Position numbers and translations under genes: made by a program. Of a DNA stretch of 64,000 nucleotides, positions 51,861 to 64,000 are shown piece after piece. The notes beneath the pieces were generated by a model. That model made no database searches. It was not told the DNA's origin and saw only the letters and a list, made by a program, of their open reading frames with translations. This DNA is from Camelus ferus (Eukaryota), in contig NC_045696.1 in NCBI RefSeq assembly GCF_009834535.1, forward strand, positions 83,268,001 through 83,332,000, given 5' to 3'. Numbering within the stretch: the stretch's first letter is position 1; the number at the start of each line of letters is the position of its first letter.

Positions 51861-54800
51861 TTTCATTTAGAAAAGACTTTTGTGTATATTAATCTGAAAT
51901 ACTTAAGATGTATTATATTTACCTGGAATTATATTTCAGGGATACATAGTGATTTATAAATTTGCTAATTTCCAAATATTTTTAGTCCACCTCAAAGACA
52001 GAATATGCATGTTTCCCTGGCAGAAATATTTGAAAACAAACACACCAAGCCGGATTACTAACATCACTGAGGCAAAGAATTCCTACAATTATTCAAGATG
52101 TCAGTGGCAAGAGTGCTCAAAAGAAAACCTTAATTTAATGACAGTCAGTTTCTTTTAGCTTCTTCATCTCAGAAGGTATAAGAAAGGTCTTTCTTGTTTC
52201 ATTGTTTCTCTTCTACAATAAGCAGAAAGGATATCAATTATTTTTGCCGGACAGGCTGTCACTGCCCCTGCTAAGTAAGTACGTTTTTAGGAGGCTTCAT
52301 CTGAAAGGAGGTAAAATATATGTCACTCTCCTAATCAGCTGTCAGGCATCTTTTATTCTAACATGTTTTCAGAGAGGAAGGTAGAATTGCCATTTTAGGA
52401 AAGTGATGGAAACGTCACGTATTTTCTGAGAAAATCATTCAAGAAAAGATGGTCTTCAAACAAGTGGCGATTGGGACAAAGTATTTTTCCTCTTCCAAAG
52501 AAGAGGAAAGGGAAATGAAAAGACTTAAAGGGAGTAACTAATTTTACTCTGGGGTATGATAAAAATGGAAAGCGGTAAATCATTAAGTATCTGATTTTGT
52601 GAATTCATAAGGGAGGACCAAGAAGTTCTGTTACTAACAACTGCATGGGTAATCATTGTAAATTTATGGTTTGCGTTTGAGCAAAGTTTCATTCACAAAA
52701 GGCAGGCTTGAGCCAGGCTGCTGAGGGCTATTCATGCCTGGCTAACTTGAAGAATAAACAGACAGATAAAAACAAAACAGTCCATTCCATGTCCCTTGAC
52801 CAGACCCTAAATTTTGCTCTATATTTACATGTTTAAGAATGAAATGTGAATGTGTTCCTGAAAGACTTCAGAAACTCAGAGACCACCCAAGCAAACGATA
52901 AACACAGAAACTCAATGAATTGTTTCTTTTGATCAATCTTATTAACAGTGAGCAAAATGAGAGCAGACAAGAAAAATACTGACAAACGGTGTCCCATGCA
53001 CCTGCCACCTTTGGTGCTTCATCATCCAGTTAACAGAAAAACCCAGAACTGGGGGCCCCTTCTGATCAACCTAACACACAAAACAAAAAGCAAAGGCAAA
53101 GAAGACAAGAAGGAAAACAGTGTGGACGAATTTATAAGCAATTTTGCCAATATCTGGTTCCCATTCATATTTTGTTTGCCTGTAAAACAAAACTCAAAGT
53201 TTTATTATGATCCTGATTTCCTTCCATTCTTGCTGTAACTCAAACTAATAGGAGAGTGAATTTTTATATTGATCAATGACATAATTATGCTTGTGAAACT
53301 GCAGAATATTGTTTCCTCTCTGATCTGAATTCTTTCATGGCGTTAAAGTGGCTGATAACTTCTCAGAAAAGTGGGCTAAGGACAAATGCAATTATTTTAG
53401 TTTGACAAATTTATTTCTAACACCAGAAATATAATTTTTTTCTTTGGTATGTCAGGTTGGTTTTCTTGGACTTACCCAGTTTAATCATTGATTCTGTTCT
53501 ATTCCTGACAGTCAGAGCTGTCAAAAATACTCTTAAAATTGTCAATCTTTGGTCAAGATGAAAATCTAAGATTAATGAAAAGACCTAAACTGTATTTTTA
53601 AATGGAAAGAGGAAATGATGAATATTCTGGGTCATGCCATCAATATATTTAAAGGACATTATATCTTAGTGGAATTCAGCAAGAAAAGGACAATGCCAAA
53701 ATACCTGACAGCTAGGCTAAAAACTTTCTTAGAAAAACAAACCTTTTCTATATTCCAAAAAAGCTCATACTACTCATATACACTTATCCACATAAATCCT
53801 CTAATGCAGTAACTCCTTAACAGAGATGAAAAGAAAATTGGGGTAAAATACTTTGATAAATAAAACTTGCAGCAATAGTAATGAGAATTCTTTTTAAAAA
53901 TAAAGACTTTATCTTTGTTGACATTTTACCCAGTTTGGTTCATTAAGTGACCACAGAAATCAAGTAAAGACTAAAAGGAAAGAAACTGACAACCCTAGTG
54001 CAGATTTGAAAAACTCTCTTCCTATTTTCAGGAAACCAGTGATAATTTTAATTGCCCAGCTTAGCATACTGTTCCACAGTATAGCTCACAACTGGGACAT
54101 AAATAACCAGCGGTTTACGATTTCATGTTTCCAATTATGTTAGGATGCTGACATTTCTGGAAACTGCATGCTTTTTCCTGTGAAGACAACAACAAGCCTA
54201 CTAGCTGAACATAACACATAATAAGAACTAAGGGAAAGTCACATCACAACAGATTCTGCCACTAGCCTTGCATATTCAAGATAAACAAATACCTTTTTAT
54301 TTTAATCGGCGTGTTCAGTGGGATAGCTAGCTTTGAGTTTCATTCCCATTTTCAAAGCTTACTCCAAGTAGCACTAATGGCAAATTGATGAGTCTAGGTA
54401 ATGGAGACTGCCTATAATTATTTTTTAATCAGTAAATAACACGTAACAGCAGTTTCTAACCCAATAAAAGATCTCCAGTTGGTTGAGGAAGTCTTCACAG
54501 ACTAGCTCACTGACAGAGCACTTAGCAACAGCAAGTCAAATGCAGCCCTTCAGTGAAGCTGCTAGACACACAACATCAGCAACTGCCGCCCTACCGAGGG
54601 CTTGTTAAAAATCGATTCATTCTAGTGATCCAAGCTGAAAAGTCGCTCTGCAGCCTGCTTCATATCAATAGACAATTTTGCGCAGTACATCACACACACA
54701 AAAATAAGGTCTAGCAGCAGTGGAGAGCATCAGAAATCTGGCTTCCAAAACAATATTTAAAATGGATTTCTGTCGGATGATAAAAGATGAGCTTAAATAG

Positions 54801-56099
54801 AACACAGTGTCAAACAGAAAGGTTGAGGCTTTTAACACAATAAAAACAGTCAATGAAGTTCCCTTTCTAATTTCAATATACAAAAAGAGGGGACAGGCTT
54901 CTTTCTTCAGAATGGGAATGTGACAGCTTGAAGGATAGCACGTTTAAAAAATTTTTCTTATCAAGGAATACTTTCTTCTAACCTCTGGACATGTTTATAT
55001 ATGTTACTGCGTCACATATTATGTATATGTGCATATGTACAAACACACATATAATGTCAATATTAAATTAAGCACTGACATTGAGAAATATATGGCTGAT
55101 ATGTTTCCTTTTTTTTTTAATGAAACAAAGTTCAAATTATTGGAGCTGCCTAGACATAGCCACAGAATAAACAGACAAATTATTTTCCACAATGCAGCAA
55201 GGAGAAATATATCAGGTGTCCAAGTCTGTTATCTTAATTCTATAGGTAAAAATAGGTATCTTATACATTTATGTGGAAAAGATTCCCCGGTTATTACTGT
55301 ACAAGCCTCAACTAAAATTAAACCACACCATAGCTACTCCAATAAAAACTGAGCAATCAGTCATAATTATAGCCAAAATAAATGAATTGGAAAATAGCTG
55401 ATTTAAAGAGGTCATACATAGTCTGAGTTTTAATTTGAAATTAGTAACAGCATGACGTGTGCCTGGTAACAATTTCTTATTAAAAATGAATAAAGGCAGT
55501 GCCCAGAAGTAAATTCCTATTTCATGGCCTCATTCTCCTGAGCTTGAAAGGTTTTTGAAGAGAATAGGAGACCCAGGTTTGGCCCTCTGTAGGCCCTGTC
55601 CTGCTACACCATAAGGGGAATTGCATGAGTAGATGAAGGACTGGTAAGCAGTAGAGAAGTCCCAAGGTCAGTAACATCAGTTTGTTTCATTCAGTTCTCT
55701 CTTCCCCAGGAGATCCTGTCTATATATTGGCACATTCCATCATCCTCATTATTTCAAAGCCTGGATAGAAGTGGTTATGATCTTCAAGAGAGCCTGCTTC
55801 CTATAGAGAACCATGTTCCTCTCTAAACCAAGGGATACCTGGGCCCCTGCCCCTCACAAGGCACTACCTTTGCATTACAGTGCATCTCCTTGTGGATTAC
55901 TGTCCATGCCTTGAGCTGTCGTGGCTGGTGCATAAGGATGCATCATTGCCTTTTGTTTATTATATTTTCCAAAATAGGAATGAATCCCAACCCTAATTAG
56001 CGCTCCCTTCTAAAGCTCCACATTTCATATGCCTTATGATTAGATACTCAAAACATGATTCTTGAAATTATGTGCCACATATTAATCACAGATTGGAAG

Positions 56100-56207
56100 T
56101 ATCATAGGAACCACTCTCTAATAAATATTTTTCAAACCCCTGATTAGTTTATGTACATATCATAGAAACCACTCTTTGATGAATATTGTTCAAACCCCTG
56201 ATTCATT
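56100..56207. repeat. Diverged tandem duplication, 58-bp period
   Basis: tatcataggaaccactctctaataaatatttttcaaacccctgatt versus tatcatagaaaccactctttgatgaatattgttcaaacccctgatt. Confidence 0.88.
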
Positions 56208-57889
56208 TAAAAGTAATTAGCATCCACTCTATAAAATATTAACCACAATATGTGTTATAGGATTTTCCCTTTCAGTTTGGGCCATTAGTGACTTCTAAAT
56301 TATGATTATCTTCTCATTAACATTAACTGTGTTGTATTTCTATTCTGTTTATTTAAGCCTCTGGCTGTACCTCAATTTCACAAGCAAATAGAAGACAGAA
56401 GCTATACCTACTGGTCCTCAGGGCATCGGGAATTGACACCCGGGCTAGAGTTTACACACAATAGGTCATCAGTAAATATCTACTGAGTTAATGAATGACT
56501 TCATTATCTCATCCAGCTGTCCACAGTGCAAAAGAAAAAGTCTATCATTCTCTTGTGATTCATCTTAACTCCCACGTCTTCTCTTGATGCATTTCTAGCC
56601 ATCTAGGGGTCCCTCTGGAGGCACATTTCCTTTGGAACATTCCAGTGACATCATTTACCTTTCACTCCAATTTATCCATAATCTTCACTCCCCACTTAAC
56701 TTTCTCAAGGCTACAACATAGTGTATCCCTACAGGTATTTATCTTCTTTCTGTCCAGAAATGATACTGAAATCGCTGAAAAGGTATAATAATGATAACAA
56801 AGCTTAACACACAAAACCCAGAATGGGGAAGGGGCTGCCTCTGAACTAGAGTTCTCACTACAATTCTGGAAATTCTTTTGAGCAGATAGAGAAAAAAGTG
56901 GAGTGGAAGTGAAGACTTAGAGTGGTCACAGAAAGGAGCCCACTAGCCAGATAAAACCTAAAAATATTTGGGAATTGTACAAGCAGAGAAGAGTGGACAA
57001 TTGAAGCTACTAAACAGAGGATTAGTTGAAAGCTTGCCGACAGAACTGCAGACCACCGCCCTCCCCACCCCCGCCACTGAGACACAAAACAGCAAAGAGC
57101 GAAAGAAAACAGACGCAGGAGGAGAGGTCGAAGACAGTGCGAGACCTTGGAGATCACCCGGTGCGTCCCCCTCACTTTCCAAGATGGCCTCCTGGAAATC
57201 AGGCAACTCACACACCGAGTTACTGACAAGACTGGAGAACACTGCTCTTGACTGCAGAGTGCTTCCCACTGTAGCACCGGCCTTCCAGTTCAAGGAACCA
57301 CCAGTTCTTAAGGTTTGACATTTCTCTGAAGAGTGGTGAGAACAATTCTGACAGTCTCCTTGCTAGGGGAACAAGTCACATGAGATAAGATAGAACTTGT
57401 TTCCTACTTCCCTGAAGAGCTTTTTTAAGATGGTCCCAGTGCACAAAACCATTCTCAACGGTCCTTGTAGAATTTTAAAGGAGGAAAAATACTGCCACTT
57501 ACTTTTAAACGAACACATCCATATTCTCGACATTGGCATGTTATACCAGAAAGTGTGCTAGATGAGTTATTTGGGACAATGTGGTAACTTCCCCAAGTTG
57601 CAGTTTCCTCAAATAAACTCAGTTTCCTCAAATGAGAAGCATGCCACCTACCGAGAGCATAACTGAGGATTAATAGTGGAAACCCACACAAAATATTTAA
57701 AGACATCCTTAATGCAGAGTGTGCCCTTAAAATGTTACTTTTCTTGTTTCTGTGTATTATTTTATAGAATCCTGAGGCTCCTTAAATAGTGAGCTTATTT
57801 GATAAATTAAGATTCATTTTATTAGATTTTTTTTTCTTTAAGAGGCCAGATAAAACAATATCTTAATTTTGTTAACATGACATCTTGGA

Positions 57890-58070
57890 TAGAAGCAAAA
57901 AATGTTATATCTTAAAGAAGTGTTTTCTATTATCCAGTCCAACCCTCCCCACTAATATACAGAAAAATTCCCCAAGAAGTAAAGTGACATATCTAATGTC
58001 ACACAGTCAATAAGGAGCAGAGACAGGGCTTGAATCCAATCTTTTAGGTTCAAGTGCAGAGCTCGATACG
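57890..58070 (-). mobile_element. MIR/MIR3 fragment
   Basis: atccagtccaaccc...aagtgacatatctaatgtcacacagtcaataaggagcagagacagggcttgaatcca. Confidence 0.65.
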
Positions 58071-59428
58071 TTGCCTGGTTAAATTAATTAGGTCTCAGTT
58101 TCTTTACCATTTGAAAAATAAAAAAAAAAAAAAAAAAGAAAGAAAGAAAAAGAAAAGTGTCTACACCCAAGGCTCTTTCCAGTATAAAAATTCCAGGATT
58201 TGGACAGAAGGAAAAAGCAAACATTTTCTGAGCACCTACCAAGTAGCAGGTACTGTACTGGGTGACGTGGAGAATAATCTTACTCCTGTATATGATTCTT
58301 GATCTTACTGCTAAGACATCTATAGAAATGTAACCATACATTATACCATATTTTCTATGGGAAATTTGAACTGTCTTTAAACCCATCTAAACCATACCAT
58401 CAAAGTGATAATCAAGAAGACAATGTGGCAGCATGAAAAAATGCTGAAAGTCTAATATTAAGTGAAAAGTTAGTCTATAAAATTGCATATTTTTCTACAA
58501 TGACAACTTTAGGTACTCGTCTAAGAGTTTCTTCGGTGCAGAAGCAAGCCTTCATTCTCATCTCTGTGTGCCTGTGCCTAGTCCAGAAAGCATATGTTGA
58601 ATTAAATCACATTAGTTTAGAAAGAAAAAAAAAAAACAAACAAACATGAGGCTGTATCTAGCAAAAGTCTGAACTAACACACGAAAATGACAGTAGCTGC
58701 TGTTGGGTTATCATTGCAGATTAGGAATAAATTTTCCTTCCACTACTAGCTTTTCACTAAGTTGGAGGTATAAGGGAAGACTGCCCTTGATTGCTGACTC
58801 TCAGTTCAGTCCACTAGTGTTAAACAGACTAGGGCATGATGCGAGCAGCTCCGAATTTCCTCGTGGAGAATAGGTCAGCTTTCCTTCACTGCCCAGCTGT
58901 AGAGGAAATTTACTCAGAAGAAGTGTGGAGAATCTATGCTTTACTAGTATCTCTTCTTTCCTATTATTGTGCATCAGCCTCCATTTCTCTTTCAGGAATC
59001 TTAAGTGTCAATCAGGAAAAGATACAGTCAGCTGAGAAAAACGTCCTGTAGAAAATGGAATGAAGCCTTCATTAAAATGGTCACAGTGACAGATAATGCA
59101 TGTTTTAACATTTTTTCACCATTTATTTTTAGTTTTTTCTTTAAATGGAAATGCGAAAAAGCAACAATGGAATGAAAGAGAGGGACAAGAAATGTAAAAA
59201 CAAAGCAGAGCTCTAGCCTGGCTCACAGGGTCTGCTTCCTCTGGGAATGTTCAGAAAATACAAATCAAGTGTCTATTAAAAACACTTGTATTGCATGGAA
59301 AGTCTCTTTGCATTGTTGAGAAAAATTATCCAAAACTTGGAAATAAGGCAAAAGGACGACTGCGGGTTCTTTCAATGTTGTGCTGGAGCACTCACAGGCC
59401 TAACAAAGGTTATTTGATTTTTTCAGGG

Positions 59429-59660
59429 CAGAGCTTCTCAACTGGAACACCACTGAGATTTGGGCTGGGTGATCTTTTGTTGAGGGGCACGAGGAGGCAG
59501 GGAGGGCTCCCTGTGCAGTGTAGGATATTTTGCAGCATCCCTGGACTCTACCCACTCGATGCTAATAGCACCCTCCAGTTTGCCAAGACCAAAAATACCT
59601 CCAGACTTTGCCAAATATCCTCTAGGGGGCAAAACACCTGGATTCCCAGTAAGTACCACA
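59429..59660 (+). mobile_element. MER20 (hAT-Charlie) DNA transposon
   Basis: cctgtgcagtgtaggatattttgcagcatccctggactctacccactcgatgctaatagcacc...accaaaaatacctccagactttgccaaat...ggggcaaaa. Confidence 0.88.
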
Positions 59661-60689
59661 CTTGGGAGACGTACCCTGGTTTGATTTACTATTTACTATA
59701 GTGTCCAAAATTGGTCAAATTACTTTTAACTTGTAGTTTTTTGTCTTGTAGAGATACAAATGATTTCTCACTGGTAGAAAAGATCACATTCAAAGGTTAT
59801 GATTTTACTGCTCTGTTGGTATTTTCTCTAACTTAGCAAACCTATTTACCACACTTGTCTCAACTAACTTTATAGTCTCATTTCTCCAAAGGCTCTTTAA
59901 ACCAGCTTTATCATCCTGAAGGTGCTCTCATTAATGAGTTAAATAAACTATACTGTATTCTTACTTGCTATTTGTATGAGAGTCATGTTTTTAGGATTTT
60001 TAAAACTATACTTTGACAGCCCTTTCCACCTTTTAAAGAAATATGCATGTCATCCTTTCCCCTAATAAACTATTTCCCTAAGCCACAGAGTTACCTGTGG
60101 ACTCCTGACTGCTCCACTCTCAACCAGAAAAGGTTTTTTTCATTTAATGAATGATAGAATTGTATACTTGTAGATGGAGAGAGAATCTATCTAAATTCCA
60201 TTTAATTAGTATCTTTAAAGATTATTTCATTATACAATTACTTTGTCTGTAAAAAGTAACAACAAAAACATCATCCAGTAGATCAAACAAGCTTTGTTTC
60301 AATTAAGAAAACAATCAGGAAACTCATACCATCATATAATGTGAATGAGTAATCACCATTAACCCCCCACCATCAACCAACACAGACACACAAATTCATA
60401 CAGACATATATGTGTGTGGTGCAGAACTAAGGGTCCTTGGCTAATTCCTTCCTAATTTGGTCTTAAACTGCCAGGAGCCAGCAATGAGAAGTAATAGACT
60501 CAGCAGTGAGACCTGGTAAAACCCACAGTTTTAAAGTTGGAAGTGAAGAAAAGAATTTGTTACTATAAATTACTTTATAGTAATATGAGACTATTGCATC
60601 TATGGCTTTTCCAACGCTTATTAATATCCTTTATAAGAAGAACAGTCCTCTGGCTTCGATGAAGTGACTGCCTAGGCATTTATAGCACA

Positions 60690-60888
60690 GTTTAGCTTTT
60701 ATTTTTCAGGCATTTATTCCCCAGCTACCATTTATTTATGATAAATGATATTGGTTTTCCATTTTTCTTGTAATAAATTTTAAATTAAAAATAAAAGAAA
60801 TATCTATAAATAATGTACAGGTGTTAGAAGGATATGGCAAAACTTAGGAATGTGTTATGTAAACAACTAGGTTTTGATAACACTCTGC
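60690..60888. mobile_element. hAT-Charlie-like remnant
   Basis: tgatattggttttccattt...gtacaggtg...ggatatggcaaaa; recall-based. Confidence 0.4.
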
Positions 60889-61695
60889 TAGAGGAAACTG
60901 ATATTTGAAATGGAATTTGCCTTGTAATTGCTTGACCTCAAGCTTTCTCTTTAATGAATTGTTAAAAAACAATCTCCTCTAGGAGGCAGCCTTAAAGGCA
61001 ATGAGGAAAGACCAACAGATTGAGGGTCAGGAGAACCTTCATTCCTGTTCTGGGCATGGTATTAGCTGGTGGTGAAACTCTGAATGGGGAAGCTCACTGA
61101 AATAAAACTGCATCATGTCTGAAAATTCAGAATAAATGATTTCTAAGGATCCTTTAGACTTTAAAGTGCAGAGACTGGCTGCTATGGTTACACTGATCTC
61201 ACCTTCTTCTCCACTCCTATTTTGCATAATAGAGTTTAGCACTGATTGATTTTTAATTATTTCATGCCTGCTAGTTTTGTCTTTCTAGCAATACTGTAAG
61301 ATTGTTGAGGAGACAAATCACATCAAATCCTTTTTTGTAATTCACGGAGTATTTTATGCCATACTGGCTGAGACTAACTAGCACTCAGTTGCTGTGTGGT
61401 CATTGCTTGGTAATTGGCCAGCTTTTAGCTTTCAGCAGAAAACTGTTGAGTATTTTTATTAAAAATAAAGTGGCATCCATAGACATAGTTTAAAAGTTGA
61501 AAATTTGTTTTCACTCACTATTTTGAGGACAGTGTATTGTATAAGGAGGCAGTAATGAGTTAAAACTGCTCTAAAATATATAAACTGAAGTTACTAGTCA
61601 AAATCTATGAAATTCATAAGTGAACTGAAAAATGATGCACTTGGTGAATTTTTAACCTAGAAGGCATTGTCTAAATGACTAAAGTCCTCCAGAGC

Positions 61696-61868
61696 TGTGC
61701 TGTCAATACAGTATCCACTAACCACATACAGCTATTTGGATTAAAGAATGTAGTTCTTCAATTGCACTAGCCGTATTTCCAGTGTCCTGTGACCACTGCC
61801 TACCACATTAGACCTATAACATGGTGGAGCACTTCCATCACTGCAGAAAAGTCTACCGGACAGCATCT
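61696..61868 (-). mobile_element. MER3 (hAT-Charlie) DNA transposon
   Basis: ctgtgctgtcaatacagtatccactaaccacat...gcacttccatcactgcagaaaagtctaccggacagca, with inverted termini. Confidence 0.78.
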
Positions 61869-64000
61869 CTCTCTACCATCCAAGAGGAGTTCTTTAATTG
61901 AGATAACAATTCAAAAGAAACTGATTTTCTTCAACTCATTTTGCAACAAAGGAAAAGTCTGGGCAAATAATCTGCTTGAAGAATCAGAACTGCACAAAAT
62001 GGAGATGTGTCCTTTATTAATTTTGCATATTTACAGATTAAACTGTCCTAAGTGGAACAAAGTAATATCATTTATAAATAGAACATGTACAGATATGAAA
62101 GTCAATTAAGGAAATACAGAATAAGTCTTTATTGGAAACAACTTTCGTATTTCTCTAAGTAAGCCCACCAAAATCCACGGCCAGGAGGTATGTAATATAT
62201 ACTTGGCAGAACTTGCCTTTCCAGCTTAAATTTTTATGCCAAGGATCCAGGTCTTCAGAATTCTGATTGAGAAAATAAAAAGCAATTCTGCAATGGTTCC
62301 TCTGGTCTAAGAGATGACAACGCCTATCAACACCCCCATGCCCGCTCGACCCTCCCAGCAAAGTAAAGAGTAGAAGACAGACCAGTACAAATGACAGGCA
62401 TCAGCTCACCAAATATAGCCTACAAACGAATTTTCAGCAAAGATGCAATGCATGCATCCAAGTATTAACAATATATATTTTATTTACCTCAGTTTCTTTA
62501 CTTCTCTTCATCCTGCCAGATGGGTTATTTGAAGCAACTCCAATCTCCTACACAGGAAAGTTGAATTCTGGCAGATCACTAACTAAAGATTTTTGGCCCT
62601 ATAGGCAAGCAGCTGTGAGTTGAGCTGGGTGTGTGAAAAATACATGGTTAGAGAGAGGGTGGGTAGATGCCAAAGCATAAATGAGGCCCCCGCAAAATCG
62701 ATACTCTTGTCCTTGCAACCCCATACATCTCTCTTAGCCTGGAAGGCATTATCCCAAAAGTATGGGCAACTGACAATCCCAGCCGGAAGGGTCAGGGAAG
62801 AGGAGGTATATCCTTAAAGAGGAAGAAGCTACATATATGCACAGTGTGTTAAAAATCATTAACAGAAGCATCAAATCATTTTTGGTCAATCTGCTTCCTG
62901 TCCTTTAGAAAGTTCTGAAAAAATTCCCATTGAACCAGAAATGTAAAATGATTATGAATTTTATGTTTCTCATTTGTTTCTGTCTGTAATAAGATAAGGT
63001 TGCCTTGAAGTTTTTGTTCTCTGAAAGGCTTGTGGTAAACATAAGTGGCTTTCTTTCTCTCAAGACCGTGGGTGTTCTCACAGCCTCTGAAACCAAGTAT
63101 GGGTCGCCTTCCTGTTCTGCACCAGGTCTCACCCACGCTTGATTTCATGGGCCAGGAGAGCATATCCGGCAGCTCCTACAGAGGTCTGAAGTCGAAGAGT
63201 CAGCAGGAGAAGGCAGAAGAGTAAAGCAAGAGGGGATATAATACAATCACTGGATAAATAACATTTGACGAAAGAGCCACTAACAATGGCTCAGAGGAAG
63301 GTATTTCTGGTGCAATTTTCCATTCAGATTATCCATACTGTCTCCAACATAATTTGCAGTGACAGGTAAACATCCAACAACTCTTGAAATTTATTTTGTA
63401 TATATTTCCTTACTGCCTATTTTCTGTCATTTGGGAAATTCAGCTGCACAGTCTCATCCATGGGACTTTACACCAATCATTCTAAACTTGAGTGTCTACC
63501 TTTCTCCACCATCAAACTGCATTTACAAAGTACGCTTTTCCATACAGTCCTTCTAACGTTGAGTACATCTGTATGAGCCACCACAAGCAGAAGACACAAA
63601 AACACAACTGAAGATACATTGCCAATGCATAAATCCACTGAACTTCCTCATAATACCTAACGCTCCACCTAACAAATTTGATTTAGAAAATGTAGTGCTT
63701 TCAAAAAAAAAAAAAAGCGTACTATATAATTTCAAGAAATTCTAAAGACTGAGCAATTTCTGTTAATTTAGGATGTTACAAATGTGCATCGCAATCTTTC
63801 AGTATAAAAAGGAAAACAGAAACTGAGTAATAGAGAAAAACCACACTGACACGACACTTAGTTCTAAATTAGCAAAAGGCAATTATGGTCCAGACAAGAG
63901 AATCAAATAAAAATAAAACATAGATTCCTGACAGCAGCCCAGAAATCACCTGACTCTATTCCTTGCCTGCTCCTGTTCAGTTCTACTCCCACTCCCTACG

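Larger units (their letters stand above)
7132..57362 (-). pseudogene. Tentative decayed multi-exon gene with C-type lectin-like segments
   Basis: Exon-like segments at 57212-57362, 19998-20338, 19822-19881, 16577-16778 and 7132-7364 with splice-like ends and stop-interrupted lectin-like translations. Judged by eye only. Confidence 0.28.

Noticed and set aside
59291..59701. 136-aa ORF
   Set aside because: Mostly spans MER20, a non-autonomous element; no transposase motif seen.
1..64000. CRISPR array, operons or prokaryotic defence systems
   Set aside because: Mammalian repeat-rich DNA with no regularly spaced repeat-spacer array or dense ORF packing.

Overview
AT-rich, CpG-depleted mammalian DNA, most likely from a camelid (camel/alpaca). 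This is inferred from a tRNA-derived Vic-1-type SINE at about 7.8-7.95 kb and camelid-type L1 3' ends. I recognise no intact protein-coding gene, RNA gene or prokaryotic feature, and most ORFs in the supplied track fall inside repeats or look like chance. The window is dominated by interspersed repeats: L1 of several ages, L2, MIR, solo LTRs of the MaLR, ERVL and ERV1 classes, and hAT DNA transposons. Repeat family names come from remembered consensus sequences, not a database search. The best-supported structure is a young 5'-inverted (twin-primed) L1 with a target-site duplication (TSD) and extra 3' sequence, nested inside an older L1 that is itself 5'-inverted (8.76-10.89 kb). The most intriguing but tentative signal is a series of minus-strand exon-like segments (about 57.4 kb down to 7.1 kb) with splice-like ends, whose stop-interrupted translations resemble pieces of C-type lectin domains. 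This suggests a decayed multi-lectin gene, but it needs a profile search before it can be believed.
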